A stretch of 31,225 nucleotides of DNA, taken from NCBI GenBank assembly GCA_002269645.1, contig NIVC01004924.1, forward strand, positions 1-31,225, written 5' to 3'. Under the pieces are notes generated by a model. The model did not search any database and was not told the DNA's origin. It saw only the letters and a program-made list of their open reading frames with translations. Shown here in pieces: positions 1-11,382 of this stretch. How positions within the stretch are numbered: position 1 is the first letter of the stretch; every line of letters begins with the position of its first letter. Position numbers and translations under genes: made by a program. The DNA comes from Macrostomum lignano. Lineage: Eukaryota.

Positions 1-541
1 ATTTGAATGCAACGCAGAGCGAGCCAGATGGATCGAGGCTTTGCACTCGATCACGCGTGTACACCGGCTACTTCTTGGAGCTCAGCGAGTGCCATCGGGC
101 TGACATTTTCGCCCCCAGCTACTGCAAATAACTGCGACAGCGCTGGAGTGCCGTGTCGGCCGAGAATGGCGCCGACGACAGAAGCATGGTAGACCTGTTC
201 CGGACACAGATTGCGGACACCATCAAGTCAAGAGCGTCATCAGCGTAACGCTGAGCGCGCTGCAACCGCCGATATGATCCAGCTGGACATCGCTATGATT
301 GGACAAGAGTTCGCTGACTGAGCCGAGGTGCGGTTGGAAAGAGGGCCACCAAAGCGGAGCACAAAGTCATCTGATCCGCTTGGCTGCAGGCTACCGAGTC
401 TACAAGCAGCGGCTCGGAAGGGGAATCGAACCTTGGACGCATTTGACCAACCTGAGTGTGTATTTTGCCTTCAACCAACTTAAATCTTCTGCAACTGCAA
501 TGGGGCTTGGAGAAAACTGCAACTGCCGTTCAAACCTGTAA
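1..541 (+). pseudogene. Degraded coding-like fragment, possibly the C-terminal part of a MULE-type transposase
   Basis: GC-rich and coding-like but broken by stops and frameshifts. Stitching frames gives ...ERAATADMIQLDIAMIGQEF..KRATKAEHKV/LIRLAAGYRVYKQRLGRGIEPWTHLTNLSVYF, loosely like MULE C-termini. No catalytic motif or TIR is visible (window edge). The family assignment is weak pattern recognition. Confidence 0.2.
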
Positions 542-1084
542 CCATTTTACCATTTTAAAGAGGAATTCAGATCTTGTTGTACTATCTATTTACTATTTTG
601 TACTATCTATTTGTACCAGAGAAAATTAAAGTGCCAACATAAGGTATATATAAGGTTAAAAAGCAACTAAAATGCAAGTGTTGGACATCTCTACATGCAT
701 GTATGTATAGACATTTATTTTGTTTAAGAATAAGATTTTAAATGAAAAAATGTACACTTGATTAAATATTTAACAGATTAGATGCCTTTAATTACGTAAA
801 ACTGTATGAAATTGCATTACAAACCGTAAATGCTTGAAATTACAAATTAAACTCGTAACGCAAGAATCAATATTTAAAACGGTGTGATTGAAAATGCAAA
901 TAATTAAAGGCGTGTTTTGCTTTAACAGAATACAGACATGCATAACACTTATATTGAAGTTACTGAGACAATAAAAATTTAAGTGACCGTAAAGAGGACG
1001 TTAGAAGAGAGATGTGCTGCATTTAAGCATGCAAAATAACTAATTGCATACATAATATTACATGCATCATAGATCCCAGTCTGA

Positions 1085-1802
1085 AGATCTGGGAGGATTA
1101 CCCAGCTAATGGGACAGAGGATTTGGGAGACTGGCCTAGCAACTGAGGATCTGGGGGGCTGGCCCAGCAACTGAGGATCTGGGAGGCTGGCCCAGCAACT
1201 GAGGATCTGGGAGGCTGGCCCAGCAACTGAGGATGTGGGAGGCTGGCCCAGCAACTGATGATCTGGGAGGCTGGCCCAGCAACTGAGGATCTGGTAGGCT
1301 GACCCAGCAACTGAGAATCTGGGAGGCTGGCCCAGCAACCGAGGATCTGGTAGGCTGACCCAGCAACTGAGAATCTGGGAGGCTGGCCCAGCAACTGAGG
1401 ATCTGGTAGGCTGACCCAGCAACTGAGAATCTGGGAGGCTGGCCCAGCAACCGAGGATCTGGGAGGCTGGCCCAGCAACTAGGGCAGACGATCTGGGAGG
1501 CTGGCCAGCAACTAAGGATCTGGGAGGCTGGCCCAGCAACCGAGGATCTGGGAGGCTGGCCCAGCAACTAGGCAGATGATCTGGGAGGCTGGCCCAGCAA
1601 CTAGGCAGATGATCTGGGAGGCTGGCCCAGCAACTGAGGATCTGGTAGGCTGACCCAACAACTGAGGATCTGGGAGGCTTGCCCAGCAACCGAGGATCTG
1701 GGAGGCTGACCCAGCAACTAGGGCAGACGATCTGGGAGGCTGGCCCAGCAACCGAGGATCTGGGAGGCTGGCCCAGCAACTAGGGCAGACGATCTGGGAG
1801 GC
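1085..1802. repeat. 28-bp minisatellite (ACTGAGGATCTGGGAGGCTGGCCCAGCA), ~25 copies, with 31-33-bp variants containing AGGGCAGACGAT or AGGCAGATGAT
   Basis: Period 28 read directly (1141 to 1169). Explains ORFs 979-1779, 1098-1478, 1136-1567 and 1512-1859. Confidence 0.97.
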
Positions 1803-1871
1803 TGACGGTGACAATTGATCTCTACTTTCTGCAAAATACAAAAAATTAAGTCTAAACAATCGAGAAAAGTT

Positions 1872-2486
1872 TTAATTCATTTTTGCCGTTCTGTTTTGGC
1901 CGCCAGACCTGGCTGGCGCTGCTCTCCTGGCTTTCTTGCCATCGCGAAGCCCAACTGACTTTTTCGAGCACCGCAGCGGCTGCTCCTGCTTCTGTTGCTG
2001 CTTCTGCTCGCAGCGCGGCATTGGTGAGCAGCGCATCTCCGAATCGATACTACTGTTCAAAGTTCGATTTAAGTAGTAATTAACTCGCTCGTCTTCCATT
2101 GATGAAGCAGCGCTGGCCTGGCGAGCGGCAGGCGGCCGCGCGTGGCCGAGATCCCGGAACAGGCGCTCCAACGGCGTCAGGCGCCGGCGCTTCGGCTTCG
2201 GTGGCAGCGGCGTCGCCACGCCGATGATGTCGGCATCCTGACGGACGAAGACGTTACTAATGCAACTGCTGCCAGAGCTGTTTTTGTTGCTGATATTGCT
2301 GCTGCCGCTGGTGGAACTAGTGTTGCCATGGTGACTGGGCTGGTGGGACTGCTGAAGTGATTCTTCAATAGTGGCGCTGTTGCTAGCAGTGGGAGATTGC
2401 ATAATGGCTCTTCTGGTTGATAATTGGCTTTGAGCATCAAGTAGGAAATTCATTTCATTCAAATAGACTTCTGTTGTGGTGTACAT
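1872..2486 (-). CDS. Probable terminal coding exon of an unidentified minus-strand gene (low-complexity Ser/Asn/Gln-rich protein with basic NLS-like PKPKRRR)
   Basis: 204-codon non-repetitive ORF that is GC-rich against AT-rich flanks. The frame is open only from 2522, so the true 5' edge is probably a splice acceptor (candidate CAG at 2473-2471). No domain recognised. Confidence 0.45.
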   Translation of the reverse strand: MYTTTEVYLNEMNFLLDAQSQLSTRRAIMQSPTASNSATIEESLQQSHQPSHHGNTSSTSGSSNISNKNSSGSSCISNVFVRQDADIIGVATPLPPKPKRRRLTPLERLFRDLGHARPPAARQASAASSMEDERVNYYLNRTLNSSIDSEMRCSPMPRCEQKQQQKQEQPLRCSKKSVGLRDGKKARRAAPARSGGQNRTAKMN

Positions 2487-3292
2487 ATAAGATGTGTTGG
2501 TAGAAAGCGGGGAGCAAGCCAGTTAAAGCTAGGCTTTTAGACAAAGGAATATATGATTTAAATATTGTTTAAAAAACCGATTAGCAATTTCTCATAGTAA
2601 AGTCTAAAATAGAAATTAATTGCAGTTTCTAGCTTAGTTAAGAAATAAAGAAAGTGTTATTTTCATGTTTGATCTTATTTAAAAAAAATTAGATGCATAA
2701 TTATTATAGCCTTTAAATGAGATATAGAATAGTTCTCTAGTCAATAAGTTATCTAGGCAATAATAATAATGTCTCATAAATGCAAGGAGCAGAGAATACT
2801 CATAATCCCTACAAATCTAGTCGATATTCTCTGTTCCTTGCATTTTTTAGATAAGTTTTAATAACTAACTGAAACAAGAAGAATGTCTATGACAAATCTC
2901 TTCAGTTTCAAGACAAAATATAAAAAAATAAAATGTTTTAATGCAAAGTGACTAGATGACATGTCCTATATCACACTAATTAAGTATGCCAATATTTTGT
3001 TAGGCCTACAATTAAATGATTATTAATGTTATGCTTATATTTTTAAGGTAAGCTAGCCTATATTAAGTTCAACAAAATAGGTCTATATGATTATATCTAA
3101 AGAAAATCAAAAGAAAAAAGGGAAAACATGTTAGAAATTATTAAGCTTTATTTATTAAATTATGTTGACTTTAAGAAATTAACTATGAACTATTTTAAGC
3201 AAGAATAACTACTTTTAAGGGACTTAAGCCTGATTAAGCATTATTTCTATGCTTCAAAACTTGTTAAATTGTATTTGATAAACAGGCCTTTA

Positions 3293-4551
3293 TAGGGTAT
3301 GCCAGTTAAATCCAGAAAAACTTTCTAGGTCTGTTACTCAGCACTTAATAAAGACATTTTTCTCTATTGTTTCAGCTAAAAGCTCATTAAATTGGAATCT
3401 AGTATGACTATTTTTAAGTGTTATGTCCTCAGAATATGATCGTAGGGCAGCCATCATGGTGGCTCTCCATGCTGGACGCATGTAGGCTGAGATTGTTGAC
3501 TTCCTCAGACTGCCTGCATCAATAGTCTACAATGTTGATAGCCAGTTTTTCGCTGCTTAGGGCACTGAACCAAGAGTGGGAGATGCAGGTAGGAAGGTCC
3601 ACAATAGGTCAGCAGCCAAGAAGAGAAGTCTTGATTTCATTGAAAGGCTAGAGGAGCTGGTGGAGGTGGATCCATTGCAGTCCATACGGACTCTGGCTGC
3701 CAAGCTCAATGTTGGAGCAACAACTGTCCAACAAGCACTTGAAGAAGACCTTCGCTACAAGAACTATTGACTGAAGGTCAGCCAGATGCTCTCGAAACTG
3801 ATGAGAGCAAAGAGGATGGAGAGATGCTAGCTTCTTCTGACTTCTTTGAAGGGTAATGCCTCTGGACAGATCTGCTTTTTCTCCAATGAAAAATTTTCTA
3901 TATTGATACCAAAGTCAATTGCCAAAATGACAAGTGGATTGCAAAGGACCCTAACAATGTGCCAGTGATTGGCAGAACAAAGCAGAACATAGCAGAACAT
4001 AGTTATGCCACCTCATTTTTTCGAGAAGGGCTAGAATGTAAACACTAAGACCTATCTCAATGTTCTAACCAATGTTGTAAAGCCTTGGATTGTCAAACAG
4101 GTTGGTGATAGGCTGTATATTTTCCAACAAGACAGTGCACTGGCTCACAACTGCCATCGGGTGCAAAACTAGCCAGACAACAACCTAGACATGTTCTGGC
4201 CAAAACAGTTCTGGCCACCAAACTTGCCAGATCTTAACCTGCTAGATTTTTTTCTAGAGTGTGGTTGAGCATGAGTCAAACAAGTGTTTTTACAACTTAG
4301 TTGACACCTGAGCTACCATTGTTGAAACATTGGCTAAAATTCTTACTGATCACATCATCAGTGCTTGTCAGCGGTTCTAGCCACATTTAGAAGCTGTCAT
4401 AGCAGCAAAGGAAGGCTGGATTGAGTAGAAGTGTTCAATAAGACTATAAACCAACAATAGCTATATTGATTTCTTTGTCTAATCAAATAAAAATTTTCAT
4501 GCCACTTTTTGTAGGCACATAAGATTTTCCAAATTTAACTGGCACATCCTA
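3293..4551 (+). mobile_element. Fossil Tc1/mariner DNA transposon, DD37D (maT/Bmmar1-like) family
   Basis: Left end TA|TAGGGTATGCCAGTTAAATCCAGAAAAACTT versus reverse complement of right end TA|TAGGATGTGCCAGTTAAATTTGGAAAATCTT (27/33 identical). TA TSDs at 3291-3292 and 4552-4553. Internal decayed transposase. Confidence 0.93.
3423..4428 (+). pseudogene. Inactivated DD37D transposase
   Basis: Reads MSSEYDRRAAIMVALHAG..., HTH-like SIRTLAAKLNVGATTVQQAL, FFSNEK, VMPPHFF, VVKPWI, YIFQQDSALAH, FWPPNLPDLNLLDFF. There are 37 residues between the D of QQD and the final D. Multiple in-frame stops, a frameshift near 3900 and an internal deletion near 3983-4002. Confidence 0.9.
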
Positions 4552-5535
4552 TATATAGAATAAAAAGTATAGCATAATATATAACTAATTTATAGTATTA
4601 ATAGGCCTAATATGTGTAGGCTAGGGCCAAGGCCTCATAGTCTCTTTCATGCTCAGAGTTATACTGGAAGAAAAGTAGAAAACTGATGAAAATTTATCAT
4701 TTACACTCCATTTATGCTAGGCTTATGCACCATATGCCAAGCATAATGCTTGGACTAAGGCAAGGGGGAAAGGGTACAAGGTATAGGCCTAGTTTGTACA
4801 AACATTTTTTATTTAAAAAAAGTTTAATGTTTTATTTTGTATATTATAATTAAAACTTTAAAAATATATAAGTACCAAAAAGATAGTAACTAAGTTTTTG
4901 CATCATAACACAATTTTTAGGTTTTAAACTTTTTTTACTTTTTTACAAATAATAAAATATGTAGTTATTTAAATATATGCCAACATTTATGTGTTATGCC
5001 AAGGCTATTTTTTGACTAGAATTATGCCAGAAATTTTCAGTGTAACTGTAACAAAATGGACTATGGCCAGGGCCTAGTTACCCTAGTATAAAAAATAAGT
5101 ATTGCTTCAGTATAGCCTAGCCTAGGCCTAGCAATGATTGAAATCTCGAAAATCTTTCTTGTGTGGCATTGTCTTGAGACTTGAGCCATGACCTAATCAT
5201 AGCCTAAACACTTTAAATTTTAAGTTTTTAAAGCTCCATAAAACTATCCATAACGGCCATAACATAAGGATAAGAGGAAAGCCTTTGCCTAGCCTTTTAG
5301 CGAGTCTACTACTCTAACTCTTCAATGCTTTATCAAGTTAGGGTTAGGCCTAATTCCACCTCTTAAATCATAATCCTAGCCCTAACTCTACTCCCTTGAT
5401 GTTTGAACTGATCCTGCTGTACAGCCGCAACACATTTTAGTGATACGCAGTTTTACATTATATACATATTAGATAAGTGTACGAGCGTCACACTCACGCC
5501 CGTTAATTTTACTGTTAAATTGTCTCATTAAGAGT

Positions 5536-5583
<48 letters not shown>
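5536..5583. repeat. (GTA)n microsatellite, ~16 copies
   Basis: Perfect trinucleotide run read directly. Confidence 0.98.
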
Positions 5584-6757
5584 AGTTGGCTCAGGCAAGA
5601 AGCCTGTTTGGCCAATATATTTCTGTGTATTTAAGATTAGGCCTACTTCAGAAATAGGAGACAATATTTTAGCATTAGTTATTTAATTACGATTAGTACT
5701 AGTTTTGCAATATGGTATTTGAAAGAACGCGGAAATGTTATTAACGAAACTTGGACGACTAACGAAGCGAAAGAAAAAGCAAGGAGTTAAATTGCGTGAA
5801 ATTTATGTATGTAGTCGGCGGTATTGCACAAAACAGCTTAGTCCTTACGTTATAAAAGTAAATCATATAGATATTAATTAGATAACAACAAAATTGTATA
5901 AAATATAAAATTTGAAAGAGCGCATTGGGTTTTTTATTATGAATCTCATGAATCTTAAAAACTAATTTTTTAAATAAAAAACTGGCTATAACAAAGCTGT
6001 AAAGATTAAACTAATTAAAATCAGACAAAAACTTTTTTTTGCTTTTTGATAACTTAAAATAAGAGCTATTAAAATATCTTATGTTACTACTCAATTTCTC
6101 GCAGTTTCAACGTGTTGCATCAAGTGCTACTTTTAAAAAAACGTTTTTTAAATGATCTTACTAGCATCAAGCAGCAAATTTAAGTGCGGCGGAAGTGCCA
6201 TCCGATAAGCCTCCTCAGATCATGTCCGAATAATACAGGTTGATGTGTGGATTTCCCGTAAGATATTTACAAAGATCGATAAATTTAAAAGAGCGATGGT
6301 AAATTTCGAAAAAACATTATTCAGCTTACAAACTATCGTTTAAATCTGTCAGAGAACACACAAAGGAAAGGTCGAAAGGATCTGTTCTTCAATCATCAAT
6401 ATAGGCCTACAGTTCTTGATTTCTGAGGTTGCATGTCTTGCCTACAGCTTTAAAAAGCGCTAGAAGAGGCAAAAAAATTGGGATTGGAACAAGTTCTAGA
6501 TAACTTCAAAGGTGTAATTAGTAATAATTCGTTCTGTTAAATTATGAAGACCCTATGTTTAATGTTAGCTTGCCACCTAGTCTTGTCATGACATTAAAAT
6601 TTAGGACTTTTTGAACGTTAAGTAGATAAAATAGTTGTAGTTTCACTGATAGGATCATGATTTTGTCTATATCAAGGTTTTTTATGATGCTGATTAAAAA
6701 TTTGAGCTTCATTTTTCAACCTTAATTTAAAGCTTGGCCCATAGGGAATGGTTGATG

Positions 6758-6830
6758 GTCATTTTGTCTGCTGCCAGTTTGTCTGCCACTCTTTTGTCTG
6801 CAAAAATATGATGCAGTCATTTTGTCTGCC
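6758..6830. repeat. Short cluster of TTTGTCTGC motifs (4 copies)
   Basis: TTTGTCTGC recurs at ~6763, 6778, 6793 and 6821, twice as GTCATTTTGTCTGC. Possibly the subterminal remnant of a DNA element. Confidence 0.55.
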
Positions 6831-7260
6831 AACGGCAACAAAAAATATTAAATATTATGATATCAATTATATTCATATATAGATAATATTAAAATGAAAT
6901 ATCTAGACTAGAGTCTAGACTAGGCCCTATACTCCATTTTGCAGATGGTGGGTTGTATGCCAGAAAATTCAGTTCCGTTTTCTATTTTCCATTTTTAAGT
7001 TCAATAAAGGTATCTCTATTGAAGTTTAAGCAAGTATTTTTGAGACTAAAGAAGAGATGCAGGCTATCCTATAGAATTATTTATTCATAAAATTATTTTT
7101 TGCTTAAATTTGATTCATTTTTATTTTAGAGTCCAAAAATATAAAAGAAGTGAATAAATTAACTGTTTAATAAGAACTAGCAAAATGATTTGTTTTAGTC
7201 AATTGGTACAATGGTATAATCCAACTTGAGGCCACTGGTTGTCTAGCCTTTTAGAAAGTA

Positions 7261-7810
7261 TATTGTCCATCAAAAGTTCTGGAACCCTTGCTACGATGAC
7301 TTTTAGCAGACATAATTTCAAGCCCCTAAAAAACAGGGTCTATGTCAACAAGCCAGCTTAGCAAAATGCTGGTTGTTAGCACTGAGATGCGGTAAAGAAT
7401 TGTGACGTTACGATAGGATCATCCTCTCGATGTACAGTCGCTGCAAAGCTGTAATTCGTGCATAGGGCAGCGCAACTCACTGTTGAGAATTACTCTTCCA
7501 TTTAAATTCAGGACGCCATCTGTTTTTGTATGCCGGCAGCAAGTGTGTAAATAGCCCTGTGTGTTTGCTCCATAGACTTAGCAACCATAGACAATTGCTT
7601 GTTTGTCTTTTCCTCACTTTTTTTCTCTAACCTTTATGTACATAACACTGGCCTGTTCACACGCGCTCCTTCGAATAAACTTTTTCTTGACCACATCATG
7701 GAGCTAAGATCTGCAGCTTTCATTTGAATCAAGTTACAATTGAAATGGACTGAAATTATGTCCGCTAGAAGACATCGTAGCAAGGGTTCTGGAACTTTTG
7801 ACAGACAGTA
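7261..7810. mobile_element. Non-autonomous Tc1/mariner-type MITE (~550 bp, ~60-bp TIRs, TA TSD)
   Basis: Left TATTGTCCATCAAAAGTTCTGGAACCCTTGCTACGATGACTTTTAGCAGACATAATTTCA matches reverse complement of right TACTGTCTGTCAAAAGTTCCAGAACCCTTGCTACGATGTCTTCTAGCGGACATAATTTCA. TA at 7259-7260 and 7811-7812. No internal ORF. Confidence 0.85.
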
Positions 7811-9208
7811 TAGCAGTCAAAAAATAAGCAATGGCTTGACTTGAATCCTAGTATTGGCAGCTTGGCAACTAATTTTTCAATCTCAAATGCAACGCATCTC
7901 CCTCTTAAGGTCTCCCCCCTATACTATCATAGCCTTTTGACCATAGACATATTTTTATATTTGTGTGTGCAAAACTGATACTATTTTAAGAATTCTTGAT
8001 ATATCAATGCACAAATTAAAATGTTGTGGAGATGTGTCCTGAATAAAATTACCCAGTTATATCATTACCCAAGGTTGAAGTGTACCCTTATATTGTGTTG
8101 TGGCAACTGACTATAACAAACAATTTTGCTGCCAATATATGTTAAACAGTTAATTTGTTCACTTGTTTCATATGTTTGACTCTAAAAATAGAAAGAAATT
8201 GAACTGAAACCAAAAAAATATTTAACAAATGATTCTTTATATGCAATATGATCATGGCATAAAGTTTAATCTTGGCTTTAGTAAAGAAGGCTTATGTGTA
8301 TATTTGAAAGTTTCTATGAAAGAAGTGGCTAGACATGATAGGCATTGTTTTGCTCTTTCAATTAAAACAAAGTCCAGGCATAAACTTCTTAAATTTTTGA
8401 CAAAAATGGAAGACCATAAGTACATCTTTGTGATGCAACATAGACAAGACTTGTTTTAGTTTGAATGACAATAATGCAGCAGACTGATATATTTGCTGAG
8501 TAAGATAATCACAATGAAGAAAAACTAGATGTAGTTATTTAAATATGAACTGGTATAAAATGATATTTGAGTTATCAATAAAAGTTAGAGTAGAAAGCAC
8601 ATTATGTATGCATTGATGTACACATGAGTGGGGTGCATGCTTGTCATGGTAAGCAGGGCACAAAGTGAGTCAAAGTTTAATAGCTAGCCAGTCGATAGTC
8701 AGCGACAACCTCCAACATGTCACTTTGAAAATATGGGTTCTCGATTCCCATATTATTAATATTATGCTCTTTAAGATTTAATTTTTGCATGAAATATTTG
8801 CCTTGGATTCTAACAACAATGAAAAACAATGGCATCAAATGTTAGCTCTGTTTCTGCATAATAATTTTTAGCAGCAATTCCAACTGGTATATTTACTTTA
8901 TTTCTTATAATTAATTTTTTAAGTAACATTTTATACAATAATAAACTAGTCATTTTTTTTTAATTTTGATGCTTAGTCTTATAAAAAATGTAATTTAAGT
9001 TGAAGGAGTTAGCTAATAGTGTATTGTTTCTCAGGGTCTCTGGTATATCATTCTCTTTAAAATCAATATAATCGATATTTTCATTATATTCCTGCTCATG
9101 CCATTCCTAGAAGCACCCGCGAGCGCCAGGACTTGTGGCTCTGGCAGTGCCGGCAACGTTAACATTTCTACTCGTAGGAACCAGCATCGCGTAGCCAAGG
9201 AAAAAAAT

Positions 9209-9523
9209 ATGCGCATCCCATTATCTGTTCCCACTACTCTATTTAGAAGTAGGCGCGCGAGTACAAATTCTAGAAAGATTCTATCGGCAGCAATGAGCTT
9301 AGCCAACAATGGCCTGGCTGCGTGTGTTGACGCCGCCGCCGATGCCCTGCTTCGAGGCGGCATCGTTGCCCTGCCAACTGACACTGTCTATGGCCTGGCC
9401 TGTCTGGCCGACTGCCCAGTCGCTGTTGGTCGCGTCTACGCCGTCAAAGGCCGCTCAAGCAGCAAACCACTGGCCGTGTGCCTGGACTCGGCTGCTCGAG
9501 TGCCCGATTATACGATTCCGCAG
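9209..9523 (+). CDS. YRDC: Threonylcarbamoyl-AMP synthase (YrdC/Sua5), exon 1; alternative start at 9293
   Basis: GGIVALPTDTVYGLAC and YAVKGRSSSKPLAVC are YrdC/Sua5 family motifs. Ends at a strong phase-0 donor CAG|GTGAGT (9523/9524). Confidence 0.93.
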
Positions 9524-9564
9524 GTGAGTGGGGGCTGGTGTCTCGTGTTTTAGTAGCGTTTTGA

Positions 9565-11382
9565 TCCGTGTCCTGAAAGAGCTGTTTTATTGGGTCCGTG
9601 TCCTAAAAGAGCTGTTTTATTGGGTCCGTGTCCTAAAAGAGCTGTTTTATTGGGTCCGTGTCCTAAAAGAGCTGTTTTATTGAGTCCGTGTCCTAAAAGA
9701 GCTGTTTTATTGGGTCCGTGTCCTAAAAGAGCTGTTTTATTGGGTCCGTGTCCTAAAAGAGCTGTTTTATTGGGTCCGTGTCCTAAAAGAGCTGTTTTAT
9801 TGGGTCCGTGTCCTAAAAGAGCTGTTTTATTGAGTCCGTGTCCTAAAAGAGCTGTTTTATTGGGTCCGTGTCCTAAAAGAGCTGTTTTATTGGGTCCGTG
9901 TCCTAAAAGAGCTGTTTTATTGGGTCCGTGTCCTAAAAGAGCTGTTTTATTGGGTCCGTGTCCTAAAAGAGCTGTTTTATTGAGTCCGTGTCCTAAAAGA
10001 GCTGTTTTATTGGGTCCGTGTCCTGAAAGAGCTGTTTTTTATTGAGTCCGTGTCCTAAAAGAGCTGTTTTATTGGGTCCGTGTCCTGAAAGAGCTGTTTT
10101 TTATTGAGTCCGTGTCCTAAAAGAGCTGTTTTATTGGGTCCGTGTCCTAAAAGAGCTGTTTTATTGGGTCCGTGTCCTAAAAGAGCTGTTTTATTGGGTC
10201 CGTGTCCTGAAAGAGCTGTTTTTTATTGAGTCCGTGTCCTAAAAGAGCTGTTTTATTGGGTCCGTGTCCTGAAAGAGCTGTTTTTTATTGAGTCCGTGTC
10301 CTAAAAGAGCTGTTTTATTGAGTCCGTGTCCTAAAAGAGCTGTTTTATTGGGTCCGTGTCCTAAAAGAGCTGTTTTACGCTCGTATTGAGTCCGTGTCCT
10401 AAAACAGCTGTTTTATTGGGTCCGTGTCCTAAAAGAGCTGTTTTATTGGGTCCGTGTCCTAAAAGAGCTGTTTTATTGAGTCCGTGTCCTAAAAGAGCTG
10501 TTTTATTGAGTCCGTGTCCTAAAAGAGCTGTTTTATTGGGTCCGTGTCCTAAAAGAGCTGTTTTATTGAGTCCGTGTCCTAAAAGAGCTGTTTTATTGGG
10601 TCCGTGTCCTAAAAGAGCTGTTTTATTGAGTCCGTGTCCTAAAAGAGCTGTTTTATTGAGTCCGTGTCCTAAAAGAGCTGTTTTATTGAGTCCGTGTCCT
10701 AAAAGAGCCGTTTCATTGAGTCCGTGTCTCAAAAGGGCCGTTTCATTGAGTCCGTGTCCTAAAAGAGCTGTTTTATTGAGTCCGTGTCCTAAAAGAGCTG
10801 TTTTATTGGGTCCGTGTCCTAAAAGAGCTGTTTTATTGGGTCCGTGTCCTAAAAGAGCTGTTTTATTGGGTCCGTGTCCTAAAAGAGCTGTTTTATTGAG
10901 TCCGTGTCCTAAAAGAGCTGTTTTATTGAGTCCGTGTCCTAAAAGAGCTGTTTTATTGGGTCCGTGTCCTAAAAGAGCTGTTTTATTGAGTCCGTGTCCT
11001 AAAAGAGCTGTTTTATTGGGTCCGTGTCCTAAAAGAGCTGTTTTATTGAGTCCGTGTCCTAAAAGAGCTGTTTTATTGGGTCCGTGTCCTAAAAGAGCTG
11101 TTTTATTGAGTCCGTGTCCTAAAAGAGCTGTTTTATTGAGTCCGTGTCCTAAAAGAGCTGTTTTATTGAGTCCGTGTCCTAAAAGAGCTGTTTTATTGAG
11201 TCCGTGTCCTAAAAGAGCCGTTTCATTGAGTCCGTGTCTCAAAAGGGCCGTTTCATTGAGTCCGTGTCTCAAAAGGGCCGTTTCATTGAGTCCGTGTCCT
11301 AAAAGAGCCGTTTCATTGAGTCCGTGTCTCAAAAGGGCCGTTTCATTGAGTCCGTGTCATAAAAGGGTCGTTTCATTGAGCG
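9565..11382. repeat. 30-bp minisatellite (TCCGTGTCCTAAAAGAGCTGTTTTATTG(G/A)G), ~60 copies, filling the YRDC intron (9524-11479)
   Basis: Period 30 is visible line by line. 32-bp variants at 10020-10300 and diverged AAAAGGGCCGTTTCATTGAG units near the 3' end. Confidence 0.98.

Noticed and set aside
412-492. tRNA-like signal on - (GGTTGAAGGC ... GGTTCGATTCCC B-box)
   Set aside because: The T-stem (CAAGG/CCCCT), acceptor and anticodon stems do not pair. At most a decayed tRNA-derived fragment. tRNAscan-SE would settle it.
8229-8459. 76-aa ORF
   Set aside because: AT-rich with no recognisable motif or splice context, and of chance length.
9031-9384. Minus-strand ORFs overlapping YRDC (also 11467-11832), and 28428-28868 over the GPCR
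   Set aside because: Antisense shadows of GC-rich coding exons.
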